Source of the DNA: Octopus sinensis
Taxonomy: Eukaryota
Direction: 5' to 3'
Length of the DNA: 64,000 nt
NCBI RefSeq assembly: GCF_006345805.1
Contig: NC_043002.1
Span: forward strand, 105,958,001 to 106,022,000
Shown here: in pieces, positions 1 to 12,640 of the stretch
Position numbering within the stretch: the first letter of the stretch is position 1
Layout of the letters: each line of letters begins with the position of its first letter
Notes under the pieces: generated by a model
What the model saw: only the letters and a program-made list of their open reading frames with translations
Database searches by the model: none
What the model was told of the DNA's origin: nothing
Made by a program: the position numbers and the translations under genes

Positions 1-1459
1 TTTTACACACACACATACACACACACAGAACGATGAGGAAAAGACGATGAAAAATTGATGCTATACCATCACAGCAGCTTCACTGCTTCACTACACGTCT
101 CTACCTATTTGTCTTTACATCTCTTTTTAGAGAGAGATCTCTTTCTCCATCGTTCAGTCTCTAGTTCTATCTATCAATTTATCGTCTTGTCTTTAATTGG
201 CTGGCTTTCTCTTATATGTAGCACTCCCTTTATATTTCCTACTCAACATTCCCTAAAGAAACAAACACATTTGTCTAATTCGTAATATAAGTTTCTGAGA
301 TGCTCCATCAGGAGCGACATGAAGAGCCACGAACCAGCGAGGGAGCGTCTGAGCTGTTACTTGCACTGTTAGAAATAGCGGCCAGATTGCCTTCAAATTA
401 CACAGTCTACCATCTTAAAACACCAAAAAAAAAAAATGAAAGGAAACGTTACGTCATTAAATCACTGAAATACGGAAAAGATAGAACGAACACGGCTCGC
501 TAAAAATACCACAGATTGTCATGCAAGAGACAAATTTTCAATTTTGTAAGCTCTTGATAGCTTACAATATATCGTTAGAGCTCTACGAAATGTACTCAAG
601 CTACGGCCCAAACCTTAGAGCAATGCTACACCCGCACTACGAAAAATACCGTTTCACAAGAGCCAGAACATGCTTGCCTGCCCAAGACCAACAAGAGCTT
701 TCTGCACCTGTCTATCAGTATTTGGGAAAAAATTCCAGAAACTGTGACAAGGATTATCTCAGTCGAAGAGATTAATACTTTTAAATATGGGGTGTATAAA
801 CACTTTTAGCCTCTCACTGTCAGAAATGAGTGAAATAATGACTGGCACGTTGGAAATCTATAACATACAAGGCTATTGTTCACAAGTGCTCGACATAAAT
901 CTGCCGTGAAATCCTAGATAGTCAGCTTCAGATATAATATTTGCAAGTATTGATTAATGAATACAAATACATTACTCTACATCTGTATCGAGCGTTAATA
1001 TGTTTTGGCATGCTTGATATTATTTATCAAGCATAATAGGATGTAAATATTTGGGTATGTCTGCGTGTGTGTGTGTGTGTGTGTGATCATTAAATTCATA
1101 ATTAATTAATTTAGTAATTAATTATGGTGTTAATGATGTTCTCTGGCTATCAGATGTGGTGTGTTTACATCCATAAATTGGCATTTCTTCCTGTATGTGA
1201 GCTTTTGAATGCGTGTGGACATATAAGTGAATGCACACAGATGTGCATGTATGTGTGCGTAGTTATGTACATGTATATACAAATATGTAACATTCATATA
1301 AAAGTTGTTATAACTGTTGTTGTTGGAGGGTAACGCATTGCATAATGTGTATTATATATACATATATATTCATATATATATATAACTTAGAATAACTTAG
1401 AAAGGTTTTTGGCCAGTATTGGCCCAGGCCATGTCTAACTTAATAGCACCACCTGGCTA

Positions 1460-1503
<44 letters not shown>

Positions 1504-1680
1504 ATATTTGTGCTTGTGAGGCATATGAACGTGTGTTCATGAGTGTGTGTGTATAGTAGTGGGTATCTGTAGTAAATACATGGGAGATAGATATTCAATT
1601 TCAAAGTTATTACTTGCGGCAAATATATTGAAAAAGATTTTATTGAATAAAATATATGCTCCTCTTTATCATTTAATAAA

Positions 1681-1711
<31 letters not shown>

Positions 1712-1910
1712 AGCACGCACAATTTATATATGCTCAGTTAAACATTTCCACTCAGTATTCAACTAACTCAAAGTGCCTGTCAGTATTTCCACGAAATTCA
1801 GATTCAATCAAAGTACCACAGCTCAGCTATTAAATGACTGGCGGCATCACGACGAAATTCAAACGTAACAGTTAATTAACTTTGATGCATATGCAAGAAG
1901 GCACGGACAA

Positions 1911-1941
<31 letters not shown>

Positions 1942-1957
1942 GTGTGTGTGTGTGTGA

Positions 1958-2228
1958 GGCGCAATGGCCCAGTGGTTAGGGCAACGGACTCGCGGTTTCG
2001 ATTCCCAGGCCGGGCGTTGTGAGTGTTTATTGAGCGAAAACACCTGAAGCTCCTCGAGGCTCCGGCAGGGGGTGGTGGCGATCCCTGCTGTACTCTTTCG
2101 CCACAACTTTCTCTCACTCTTTCTTCTGTTGGCCTGCTCGCTTAGCCCGCGGCTAAAACAAGCGCATTGTGACCAGCGACGTATAGCAACATCTGATAGC
2201 CTGGTCGGTCACGGTGATCACGGTGATA
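1958..2228 (+). mobile_element. tRNA-derived SINE (distinct family, single copy here)
   Basis: A box TGGCCCAGTGG at about 1965 and B box GGTTTCGATTCCC at 1994-2006, a GC-rich body and a short tandem tail (CACGGTGAT x2), embedded in microsatellites. Confidence 0.8.
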
Positions 2229-2370
2229 TATATATATATACATACTGAAAGAGAGAGAGAGTTGAAGACACATTTGAGCATATGTGTATGCATGCGTATG
2301 TACGTATATAAATGTGTACGTATATATGCTTATATGTGTGAGTTTGTGCGTAAGAATGTGTGTGTGTGTG

Positions 2371-2406
<36 letters not shown>

Positions 2407-3077
2407 TAAAATGAAAATGTCTCTATGGTGTCGTGCATCCCACTGCAAACAATTTATAAGGTTTACAATTGATTAGTAATTAGGCAGGTAAGTTTTATTA
2501 GAGTGGGCCCTAAACTTCATAACATTCATATATTGTAAATAGGATTGTTTTTTTTTTTCTTCTTTTTTTCACCTTTATCGACACCTGCTGCGAACGATCA
2601 CGCGTTTGAGAAGGTGCAACAGCCATACGCTGTTGAGACTCTCGCCTGATTCTTTCTTCTGACAAAATCTCAAAGAAAGAAATAAAGAGCTTTTTCATGG
2701 TTAGCGTTCCAACCCCGCCAAACATCCCAAATGCCACGAGTTTAAAATTTTATTTTACCTGCAATTGGTGATACTTCAGCGACCGACACAGTAGCCCACA
2801 CCTTCTACCGTAGAATTTAAAATGTATGTGGGTATATCGGAATCACTAAATAGGAACATATAAGTCATCTACTTTGTTGCCTCATAGCAAATTTGGAAAT
2901 TGCTAGACCTCGCTTTGAACTAGCAATATCTGAATATGTGCATACTGTGAGGAAGGCTATGATCCAGGACACTTGTAAAATAGTACACACAAGTAAGTAG
3001 ACACTCATCAAAGAACACACAAAGATTCGGAGAGAATTACGTGTAGGTGTATAGAATACAGGTATGAAACTATATAT

Positions 3078-3518
3078 TCTTTTTTCTTTTATTTGTTTGT
3101 CATTTGACTGCGGCCATGCTGGACCACCGCCTTTAGTTGAACAAATCGACCCCAGGACTTATTCTTTGTAAGCCTAGAACTTATTCTATCGGTCTCTTTA
3201 GTCGAACCGCTAAGTTACGGGGACGTATACACATCAAAATCGGTTGTCAAGTGATGGTGGGATACACAATACACAAACACATGCAAATATGCACAGATAC
3301 ACAAACACATGCAAATATATACACACACACACACACACATATGCATATATACGACGGGCTTCTTTCAGTTTCTGTCAACCAAATTCACTCACAAGGCTTT
3401 GGTTGGTCCGAGGCTATAGTAGAAGACACTTGCCCAAGGTGCCACGCAGTGGTGCTGAACCCAGAACCATTGTGGTTGGTAAGCAAACTACTTACCACAC
3501 AGCCACTCCTGCGCCTAT
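3078..3518 (-). mobile_element. SINE family A, near full length (tRNA-like head, CORE-like body, internal microsatellite, tail)
   Basis: The reverse complement reads GGCGCAGGAGTGGCTGTGTGGTAAG...GCACCTTGGGCAAGTGTCTTCTACTATAGCC, then a microsatellite, then a tail with CCAGCATGGCCGCAGTC. Many related copies occur in the window. Confidence 0.85.
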
Positions 3519-3799
3519 ATACACATACATATATCTATATCTATCTATCTATCTATATATATATATTATATATATGTATATATATTATATAATCATAGAG
3601 GTGATTATGTGGATATGGTTTTAGGGGTAAACCAACGAACGCTTACATATATAACAATGGTTCTGTAGAGAGCGCAAACCCTTGTATTACTTCGTAGAGT
3701 ATTTGGGTGATGGTTATTTATGGTATGGTTAGGAATTGCCTTTGAATGTTGTACAGTTAGTTAGTGGATTCAGTAGACCATGTGTGTGTGCACGCGCGT

Positions 3800-4009
3800 A
3801 TATCTGTGTTTGTCCCGTGCCACCGCTTGGCGACTAGTGTTGACATGGTTACGTCCCCGTCACTTAGTGGTTTGGTAAAAGAGAACAGACAGAACAACAA
3901 CCAGGCTTTAAAAAAAATAAGTACTGAGGTCGATTCATTCGACTAAAATTCTTCAAGGCAGTGCTCCAGCATGGCCGAGGTCTAATGACTGAAACAAGTA
4001 AATGATAAA

Positions 4010-4012
<3 letters not shown>
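3800..4012 (+). mobile_element. SINE family A, tail half
   Basis: Shares GTCGATTCATTCGACTAAAA...GCTCCAGCATGGCCG...GACTGAAACAAGTAAA with other family A copies, in opposite orientation to 3078-3518. Confidence 0.8.
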
Positions 4013-4044
<32 letters not shown>

Positions 4045-4047
<3 letters not shown>

Positions 4048-5312
4048 GGATTGGGCAAAATAATGGAAACACCTTAAAATTTCAAACAAGTTTATTTTAA
4101 TATGGGGTAGGACCACCTTTGACAGTAATTACAGCTTGAATTCTATGAGATATGGACTCGTACAAAGCTTGAATTGTTTCCAAACAAACTTTTATCCATT
4201 CTTCAGCTAAACAGTCTCCAGTTCTTGTAATGATGATGGTGGAGGATATCGACTCCTTACTTATTTTTCTAAAATGCACCATAAAAATGTTCAATAATAT
4301 TGAGATCTGGGGACTGTGGTGGCCCGATAAGATATTCAACTTCACTAGAATGTTCCTCGTACCATTCAGTAACAACTTTAGCAGTGTGAATTGGTGCATT
4401 ATCATCCTGAAAGATTGCGTTTCCCTCTGGAAACAGTTCTGCAACCCTAGGATGAATTTGATCAGACAAAATGCTTAGTCTTGACTGTTAATTCTGCCGT
4501 GAATGGAAACCATTGGGCCGGCAGATTTCCAAGATATAGTCCCTAAGATCATCACAGATCCTCCTCCATGTTTAATAGTTGGAAAAAGTAGTCTGGGTCA
4601 GATGCTTCTTTTGGCTGTCTCCACACGTATACTCAGCTGGTGGTCGGAAATAAGGTAAAGGATGACTCGTCCGAGAAAATATCATTCTTCCACTGCTCTA
4701 AAGACCAATTCTGTAGGTTTTTACTCCACTCTAAATGCTTTGCAACGTTTGTTTTCGAAAGTAGTGGTTTTTCTGATTGCAGCCCTCTCGTGAAATCCGG
4801 CTTTATGCAGTTCCCAACGAACAGTTTTTATGGAAACTGGGTTCTCAGGGTGGTCATTAAGCTCTGCAGTAATTTTGGGAGCTGTACTTTTATGATCCTT
4901 TCTAACTATCGCGTAAGAGTCTGACAGTCCCTATCTGAAAGTTTTGGTTTTCTTCTGGAGTTTTGTTTCGACGAGGAGGTTTTTCCCTCTTTCTCAAAGG
5001 CTGTCATTACTTTCGAGACAGTACTTCTTGATACACAAAATATTTCAGCTGTTTTCGTTACGCTAGCGCCTGCCATACGAGCACCACAATTTGACCTCTT
5101 TGAAAGTCCGATAGACCTGTCATTTTAATAATTTTAAATTACCTTTTTCTGATGATATCTGAAAAGAAACAGCAATTTTAGCAAAACATATTAAGCAACA
5201 CTAATAATAGATAAAAAAAGATAAAAATAAACAAACTTTTGACGGTTTTATAGATATTTCAAAATTATGATGTTATGATGCTAGGTGTTTCCATTATTTT
5301 GTCCCAACCCTG
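4045..5312 (-). mobile_element. Full-length degenerate Tc1-like transposon with DD36E spacing
   Basis: Inverted repeats of about 29 bp (CAGGGATTGGGCAAAATAATGGAAACACC and its near complement) flanked by TA. Frameshifted transposase from about 5123 to 4097 with N-terminus MTGLSDFQRGQIV, catalytic region FQDDNAPIHT...PPQSPDLNIIEH and C-terminus RIQAVITVKGGPTPY. Confidence 0.92.
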
Positions 5313-7709
5313 TATATGTATGTGTGTGTGTAAGTATGTATATGTGTGTGTGTGTATGTGTATTTATGTATTGTCTTTTTCAAACCAAAAATGTTTACAT
5401 TAGTTACTCTGACGCTCGAGCTTCGTGTATAAACTTGTGGCAAATGTTATGCACGAAACTTGCGTAACAGAATAATTGCAGTGGTGTTTTCAGCTTCGAG
5501 AATTATATATATGGTTTTACAATATGTAAAGCATGTAAAACAGTGTATATATAATTTTTATTAGCTGAAAATACTACAGAAATTACTGAAGGGACTGGTG
5601 TTTCGAACCACTTAACAAAACTATATAAGTAGGAGAAAAGGAAATAGAAAAACATGTGATATTACTAGCCATTTTTGGTGTAAGAACATCGATAGAGAAA
5701 ACGGCTTTCAATCTGGTAAGAAAATATTTTCTTCTTCGACTTAAGTACTGAAATATCTTCAGGACCAATTCGCTCAAAATAAGCTACTTTACGCTTTCAA
5801 ACTCCAGCAACAAATCCATAAAATAATAAAACACCATGAAACAGTTAATAGTGCACAGAAATGTAGCTATCACTCTCCAAGTGTATTCTCACTCCATTGT
5901 AGAGTCTGCCTGAAAGAATCTGTTTTTGCAACTTCTTAAAACATTCTAATGAAAAATGGATACAAGACTTGTATCACACATATATAATTCTTGATAAATA
6001 ATATAGCCAATTCTATTACGGGAAAACGTTTACATAAAAAAAATATCTATGTATACGCGATCAAATACATTTTGCAACTTTTGTACCATAGAAAAGCTAT
6101 TCATCTGAAATAATTGTACCAAATTACTTAATTGCCTCACAAAATTAATTTCTTCAGACTCATACATGCAAAGGTACCTACAAACAAAATTAGAGGCATT
6201 TCGATGGGGATAAAATAGGATGTTAATATTATATCTGTGTAGACAAGTAATTATAGTGACTTCCATTTCTCTATAAACATATTGCAATTCGAAGTTTATG
6301 GATACAGTCCATACACAGAATATATGGCACTTATAACAATACTCGTGTGTGTGTGTGTATTCAACAGATATTAAATGATTTAATTAAATAGTTTAATTAA
6401 TTACGATAAAATTAAGATGCATGTATACATATATTCAAATGTTCAAACCAACACACGCACAGAAACGAACGCGCGGACAGAATATCAACTCAAGCATAAC
6501 AACTAATCGAACCTTTCATTTCAAGCATATCTACAGAAAGAATAATCGCCATTCTGATTTTCATAAACAACAAAGGTGGATCTACCTGAAGAAATATCAT
6601 TTGGTGAAACTAGTGGTTAGTAGTAATGATATAAACTGAAGGAATCCCCAGCTAGTTATGTGTGTGTGTGTGACACACACACAAGCGGTTGTTTTATTGG
6701 TCGTTCGTTATTTGTTACCATTACAAATCGGAGAATCATCTCACCAGAAGTTAATTTTCATAAGTGAAGCCAATTTTGGTTCCCTAGAATAAATTACCAT
6801 CATGTGATCTTTATGTGCAATTTAACTTCATTTTCTTTCTTTTCTTTTTCGTTTTTCGTTTGAACTACAAAGTCCTTCATGCTCGTACACAGGTATTTCG
6901 ATTTATTTGAATCTCATCAGTTCCAGGCAATTCAGGATTTCCTACTTTTACCATATTTCTTCGCGAAAAGAGAGAGAGGGGGAAGGAAATATTTTAGCAA
7001 AGAGAAAGGTGGGAAAGATAAAGGCATTTCACTAAGAGGTTGTTCTGGTTTTTTTTTTCCTGTCATAGTTCGTTAATTGTGTAGAAGGAAAGCGAGAGAT
7101 AGAAGTATATACAGTTATCCTCAAAGCTGGAGGCTTTTGAGTAATTATGAAAGTGTTTTGATCTTCAAAAGTAAAATAAAATTTTTTTATATATATGCAT
7201 TTATGTTTATGTGTGAATTGTCGGTATGCTAATTAAAAATGTAATACCTGAGTGTGTATGAATGCATGTGTGTGTGTGCAGGTGTTGTTAGATATATATT
7301 TAAAAATACGTATATCTGTGATTTTACACACACACACACACACACACATACATACATATAGATTTTTATATATACATCAATCTGCATAAATTTATAATTA
7401 TGATAACTCCACTGCCATGTATATATCTTAAATGGTTAGTGCTAATGATTTATAGGCACGAATATGTTTCAATTCACTATGTAAGGTCATTTATATATCC
7501 AAAATCATATATATATAAGCACACACACACACACACTTTAGGATGTACAATGACTTTGAATTGTGAGCTGAAACATCAGATTATAGTTTTGAAATTCGTT
7601 TTTACCAGTGACCTGTTCAGTAACAATGCTGTAAAGGTCTTGTACTTTGTGTCATTTTTTACGCAGTCATTAACCCTTTAAATTGTAAGAAGGTTGGTTT
7701 ATATTTATG

Positions 7710-7810
7710 TATGTATGTATGTAGGTAGGTAGGTAGATAGGTAGGTAAGTAGGTAGGTAGGTAGGTAGGTAGGTAGGTAGGTAGGTAGGAAGGAAGGTAG
7801 GTAGGTAGGT
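7710..7810. repeat. (GTAT)n/(GTAG)n microsatellite
   Basis: Visible directly. Confidence 0.95.
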
Positions 7811-8520
7811 CAAGGCACGATTAAGACCATTTGAAAGCCTAATCAAACCGCAACAATGGGACCCCGCACAATTTCTGGAAGGGGATCAAGAAGAAGGCAG
7901 TTTTTAGTATGATGGTTAGTCTTATATTTCTCATAGGTTGTTCACAATGTGAGATAGGTTGCGTGTGTGGACAATGACTACACTAAAGTGGCAGCATATG
8001 TGGACAATGGCTACGTTAAAGGTTGAATTTTCAAGTATTTTATTAACCTGCATTGTTGTATTTATAAATAGACATTCAATAGATACACGGAACAACGTTA
8101 ATCGAACATAATAGTTAGTAATCTTCTGTATATAACACGCTGGGCAATATTATGAAAGTAGTACAAGGAATTTAACTCACTGTATATAATTGATGTTCGT
8201 TAATGGGCATCAAAAATTAAGGTGGATACACCTTTTATTGAGTCCGACATAAGTATGTTACATAAAGAAAGTGACAGGGGGAGAGAGAACAATTCACTGA
8301 GACAAGCGACATTAAGTCCTCTGGATGGTTAGTGGCTCTCTGGTTAGGTTGAATTTCAGTCTTTTTATGGCTGTGAACTATCCTTCTAGAATCTTCAACC
8401 AAACTAGCGCGAAACCTAACGTACTTCCTTTGAAGTTTGCCACCTCTTCAATAATAAATCAGCTACATTCTTTTAGGCGTTAATAGCTTCTTTGGTGATA
8501 GTTTTCCTGTTATGGGAGTA

Positions 8521-8731
8521 CAGTAATCCCTCAACTATCGTGGGTGTAGCGTTCCATAATCCCCCGCGATAGCTGAAATTCCGCGAAGTAGAAACAGTAC
8601 TGTACTGTATATTCTTTTTTTTATTATTTTTATAATTTGTTTGCATTTATTTTATCATAAATGCAAAACAACAACACGGAGGAATCGACGTAAGCTTGAA
8701 TAATAAACCGCGATATGGCGGGGGATCACTG
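8521..8731. mobile_element. pogo/Tigger-like MITE
   Basis: TA-flanked imperfect TIRs CAGTAATCCCTCAACTATCGTGG and CCGCGATATGGCGGGGGATCACTG; 211 bp, non-coding. Confidence 0.75.
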
Positions 8732-9048
8732 TATATTTAATTTGTGGTTCTAGCCTTGGAAAATCTGAGAGCTATAGTTTAAATCTCAGCGGTGGTCTCG
8801 CTACAGTAGTCACCTTACAAGACTTCCGAGATTAGTGTCCGAGAGAGTGAGGAAAGTCGTATCTTGGCCCAAAAGCTTGCAAGAGTGTGCTCCAATGACG
8901 TCATCTAAGGTGCCAGATAATAGTGTTAGACCAGGCAACTGATTATGTCTTTCATTCAGGTACGCCATGCCCTGAATTAAACATAGAACGCAAAAAGCAG
9001 GGACAAATATTACAAGGCATCCGGTTCTACTTTCTTACAGTTCAGCCA

Positions 9049-9155
9049 ATCTATCGCTCTGAATTGATACTTTTCTTATCGACCCCGAAAGAATGAAAAG
9101 CAATTAAATATTTAGCTTCTTCCAGACTACTTATTTTTGAACCAGGCCCCACAAC
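9049..9155 (+). repeat. 107-bp direct repeat, copy 1 (copy 2 at 10403-10509)
   Basis: The two copies differ at 2 of 107 positions by my alignment. Confidence 0.9.
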
Positions 9156-9836
9156 CGTTTTAAATATAAACTTGTTTATTACAACGCTAAGTAATCATTT
9201 TTCAACAGTTTTCAATTCATTTTTTGAAATAACTGTTGTAATTTATCAGTTGCATTGAATAAAATTCTTTAGTCGTACTCTCCTTCCCTTGATGACCTAA
9301 GCACGTGCTTATGTTATTTAATGGTTAATCAAGGTCTGATGTAACTATGTATGTATTTTCGAAACATCTGCATATACTCATGGATATATATACTGCTATT
9401 ACAATTATTTACTTCTAATGTCTATCAGGTGTATATGTATGTGTCTAACATATGTGTATACATCACATACAGATAGACACTTACGTATACACACTCATAT
9501 ACATACATGTGTGTGTATGTATAAACTTCTTCGTGTATATGTGGGTGTTCGTAAATATTTTTATACGTAAACACACACACATATATACTTATATTTGAAA
9601 CTTAGTGCATATAATATACTTATATTTGAAACTTAGCGCATACATATATGTATATTCACTCATCTATATGTACGAATTAATATACGTAGACCTTGTAGAT
9701 AGCTCTTCTTTTCTTTCTCCGTTACTTCTATCTCTATGTATGTGTGTTTGCATGTATATATCTCTACATGTTTGTATACTTATATCTTTCCATCTAGCCG
9801 TACTATTTTAGCTTCTCTCATGCTTTGTACACTTTA

Positions 9837-9841
9837 TGTGC

Positions 9842-9903
<62 letters not shown>

Positions 9904-9925
9904 ATGCATTCGTGCGTGTGTGTGT
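9837..9925. repeat. (GTGC)n microsatellite
   Basis: Long run of GCGT units. Confidence 0.95.
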
Positions 9926-10228
9926 GTACGCTTCCAAAGATATCCATTTCCAATCCTTTAAATCTAACCTGAAAGAATATCCCTCCCTCTCCTTATTCCC
10001 CCTCTATCTCTTCTTTCCTTCGCACTCGACCCAGATCTACTGACCTCAACTCTTTTCTATTCCACTCCCACCATTATACTTAACGTACTTTCCTCTCCAC
10101 CACCCAGCCATTTTTCACCCCCACCAAATCCTCATTATTTACTATTTTGGTTTCTTTTAAATATCTAGCGCACCAAAAACAAAAACTTTACGTAAAGTGG
10201 AGCGGCCTGTGTGTATGTGTGTGTGTTC

Positions 10229-10263
<35 letters not shown>

Positions 10264-10640
10264 ATATAATATATATATATATAGTGTGTGTGTGTGTGTG
10301 TGTGTGGTGTGTGTGTGTGTGTGTGTGTGAGACAATTATTTGGTAGCCATGATAAAACACCGAGGTGGAAATCCACGCCGCCATCTCTTCAGTTATCCGG
10401 TCATCTATCGCTCTGAATTGATACTTTTCTTATCGACCCCGAAAGAATGAAAAGCAATTAAATGTTTAGCTTCTTCCAGACTACTTATTTTTGAACCAGG
10501 TCCCACAACACCTCGGCATCCGAAACTCGGAGTTTTATCATGGCTACCGAATAATTGTCACATATCACATTTACAGATAAATTCCTCTATTTACAGAATA
10601 TCGCGGTCTCTTTCATTCTTTTTTTGTCTTACTTTTTTAT

Positions 10641-10678
<38 letters not shown>

Positions 10679-10989
10679 TGTGATTGTAACTGTGTGTCTG
10701 TGTGTATACAAATGGTAATTAGACACATATGGACTGTATATTGTACAATTAAATTCGATGAAACGAGGTTTTTATTCACTGAAAATGCACAAGTGATTAA
10801 ATTAGTCTATCTATTCGTATATCACACACGCACGCATACACACACACGCATACACACACACGCATACACACACACACACACATTCATTTCACACGCACAC
10901 ACAGGCACAAACAATATGAACCTTAAAATTACGATTAATACTAACCTCAAAGTGTTGCAGTGAATCTTAAAATACGGAAAATTCCCTTC

Positions 10990-11650
10990 ATACATAAAAC
11001 CAAATGATTGATTATTTTATGTAAACTACAGTTTGAATCAGTTACCAATTACCTTAAAAAATTTTCAGATAACTGGAGGTAGTCGATTCTATCAATCTCC
11101 TATGATGAAATATCAGTCAATAGTGTAGCGACTACATACAAACAATCTATTGGTATATAGTGGTTTAAAAGAATCTGTTAAATATCATAGAATTACATAA
11201 ATGAGTAGGAAGGAGAGGAAGAGAAAAACTGTATGTTATAACCCTCTATGTTCGATAAACGTAAACTCGTCAATAGAACAATCATTTCACAATCTGATAA
11301 AATAGAACTTTCCTCTTTGATATAATGACAGGAAAATATACTTCTCTACATATATGAGCTTCCTATAAATATTGTAAAATTCATGAATTTTTTTAAAATG
11401 CAATGGAGAATATAAACAAGAAATCACAGTTAATATACAAGTCTACAGAAATTGGAGGAATCTGCTAGATATGTAGCCAGGTTTGATTGAAATGCTATTA
11501 ATTATATAGGTATGACGGTATGACCACAAATCAATTTAAGAGCCGACTTGAACAGCATAGCTATAGATTCAGAGCAGTCCAAAGAAGACTAGGTTAAAAA
11601 TATACATCATATCTATATTTTTGAAAAATAATAGCATTGTGATACTTATT
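10990..11650 (+). mobile_element. Degenerate Penelope-like element fragment (RT C-terminal linker and GIY-YIG endonuclease)
   Basis: Decayed motifs RKTVCYNPLCSINVNSSI (typical PLE form WFNPPxSxNVxTNIG) and YIGMT...TNQFKSRLEQH (GIY-YIG YIG motif), with stops and frameshifts. Confidence 0.6.
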
Positions 11651-12640
11651 AGGCTTCCAATTCGCATTCAGTCCAGTATCACATTTTCCATTGAAAATGC
11701 AGTGGATCAGTGTTAGGTCCGTTGGAACACGAAACTAACGACGCTATTTATTATTCACCAAGCTATAGAAAATAGACATACGTATATGCAAACCTACACA
11801 CAAATATATACTAATTTACACAGACATACTTGCATTCATGCATGGAAGAATAGTTGCAAACCATTAAAGTAAATATAAATATACGCAAAGCATTGCAAAA
11901 GTTTAGCCAGTGGAATCTGTATTTACGTTTAGATATAAAACTGTTTACCACGCTGGATTTCAATCCTTTCGATCATGGCTGACATTGATAAAAAGAAACA
12001 TTAATACTGATAACAACGCAAATAACAACAGGAAACACTGCTCTGCAATAAATATAGAGAGTATTCCTGTTGCTGTGTACATAAATTTGTTACAAACCAT
12101 GCAATATTGCTGGGGCATCCCCATCAAAACTTATGCTAGTGCAAATATATGAGAACTGATATATCTGTTCCGGACAAATTAGGAATAATTATGCCGTCAT
12201 AGGTTAGTTGCCTGGCAGATGTGTTCATTTCCTTAAAAACTACTGTGAAAAAGACATTTTCCGCACAACTGCTTCAAAATCTAAGCTTCTCTGCTCAGAT
12301 TATAAATTGTGATTTTAATCAACATTTATTGGTGCACCAGGTAATGTTATTAATTATTGGAGTAGTTTTCTTGAAATGCTGGGATTTTCAAGCAAAAATG
12401 TAACCAGCCATACTTTACAAATACAATTTTTAATCAAAACAATAAAAATATGCAAGTTTTTTTTTTCCATGTTTTATGATCATTTTTGTTGTCCAAATAG
12501 CAGTGACGGAGCTTTGGTCCTTTTAAGAAAAAACAGCTCCTACTTTATACGAAGAATTCAAATAAGTAACAAAAAACACACACGTATATACAGTCATGTG
12601 CACGTTCACGCGCACGTGCACACAATCACTTACATACATA

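Noticed and set aside
300-775. Two consecutive + strand ORFs in CpG-containing unique sequence
   Set aside because: No recognisable domain, no Musashi N-terminal motif (KMFIGGLSW) and no convincing splice sites.
1958-2010. tRNA-like A and B boxes here and in family A/B heads
   Set aside because: They do not fold into full cloverleafs and are attached to repeated bodies, so they are SINE heads, not tRNA genes.
2510-2737. Minus-strand ORF containing MKKLFI, like an RRM RNP2 motif
   Set aside because: Wrong strand relative to msi, lacks the following GGL and has no splice signals supporting an exon.
6880-6930. Hammerhead-like core on the minus strand (CTGATGA-GATT..AATC-GAAA)
   Set aside because: Stem II forms, but no stem I pairing or proper stem III/NUH geometry is available in type I or type III topology. 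At most a decayed relic.
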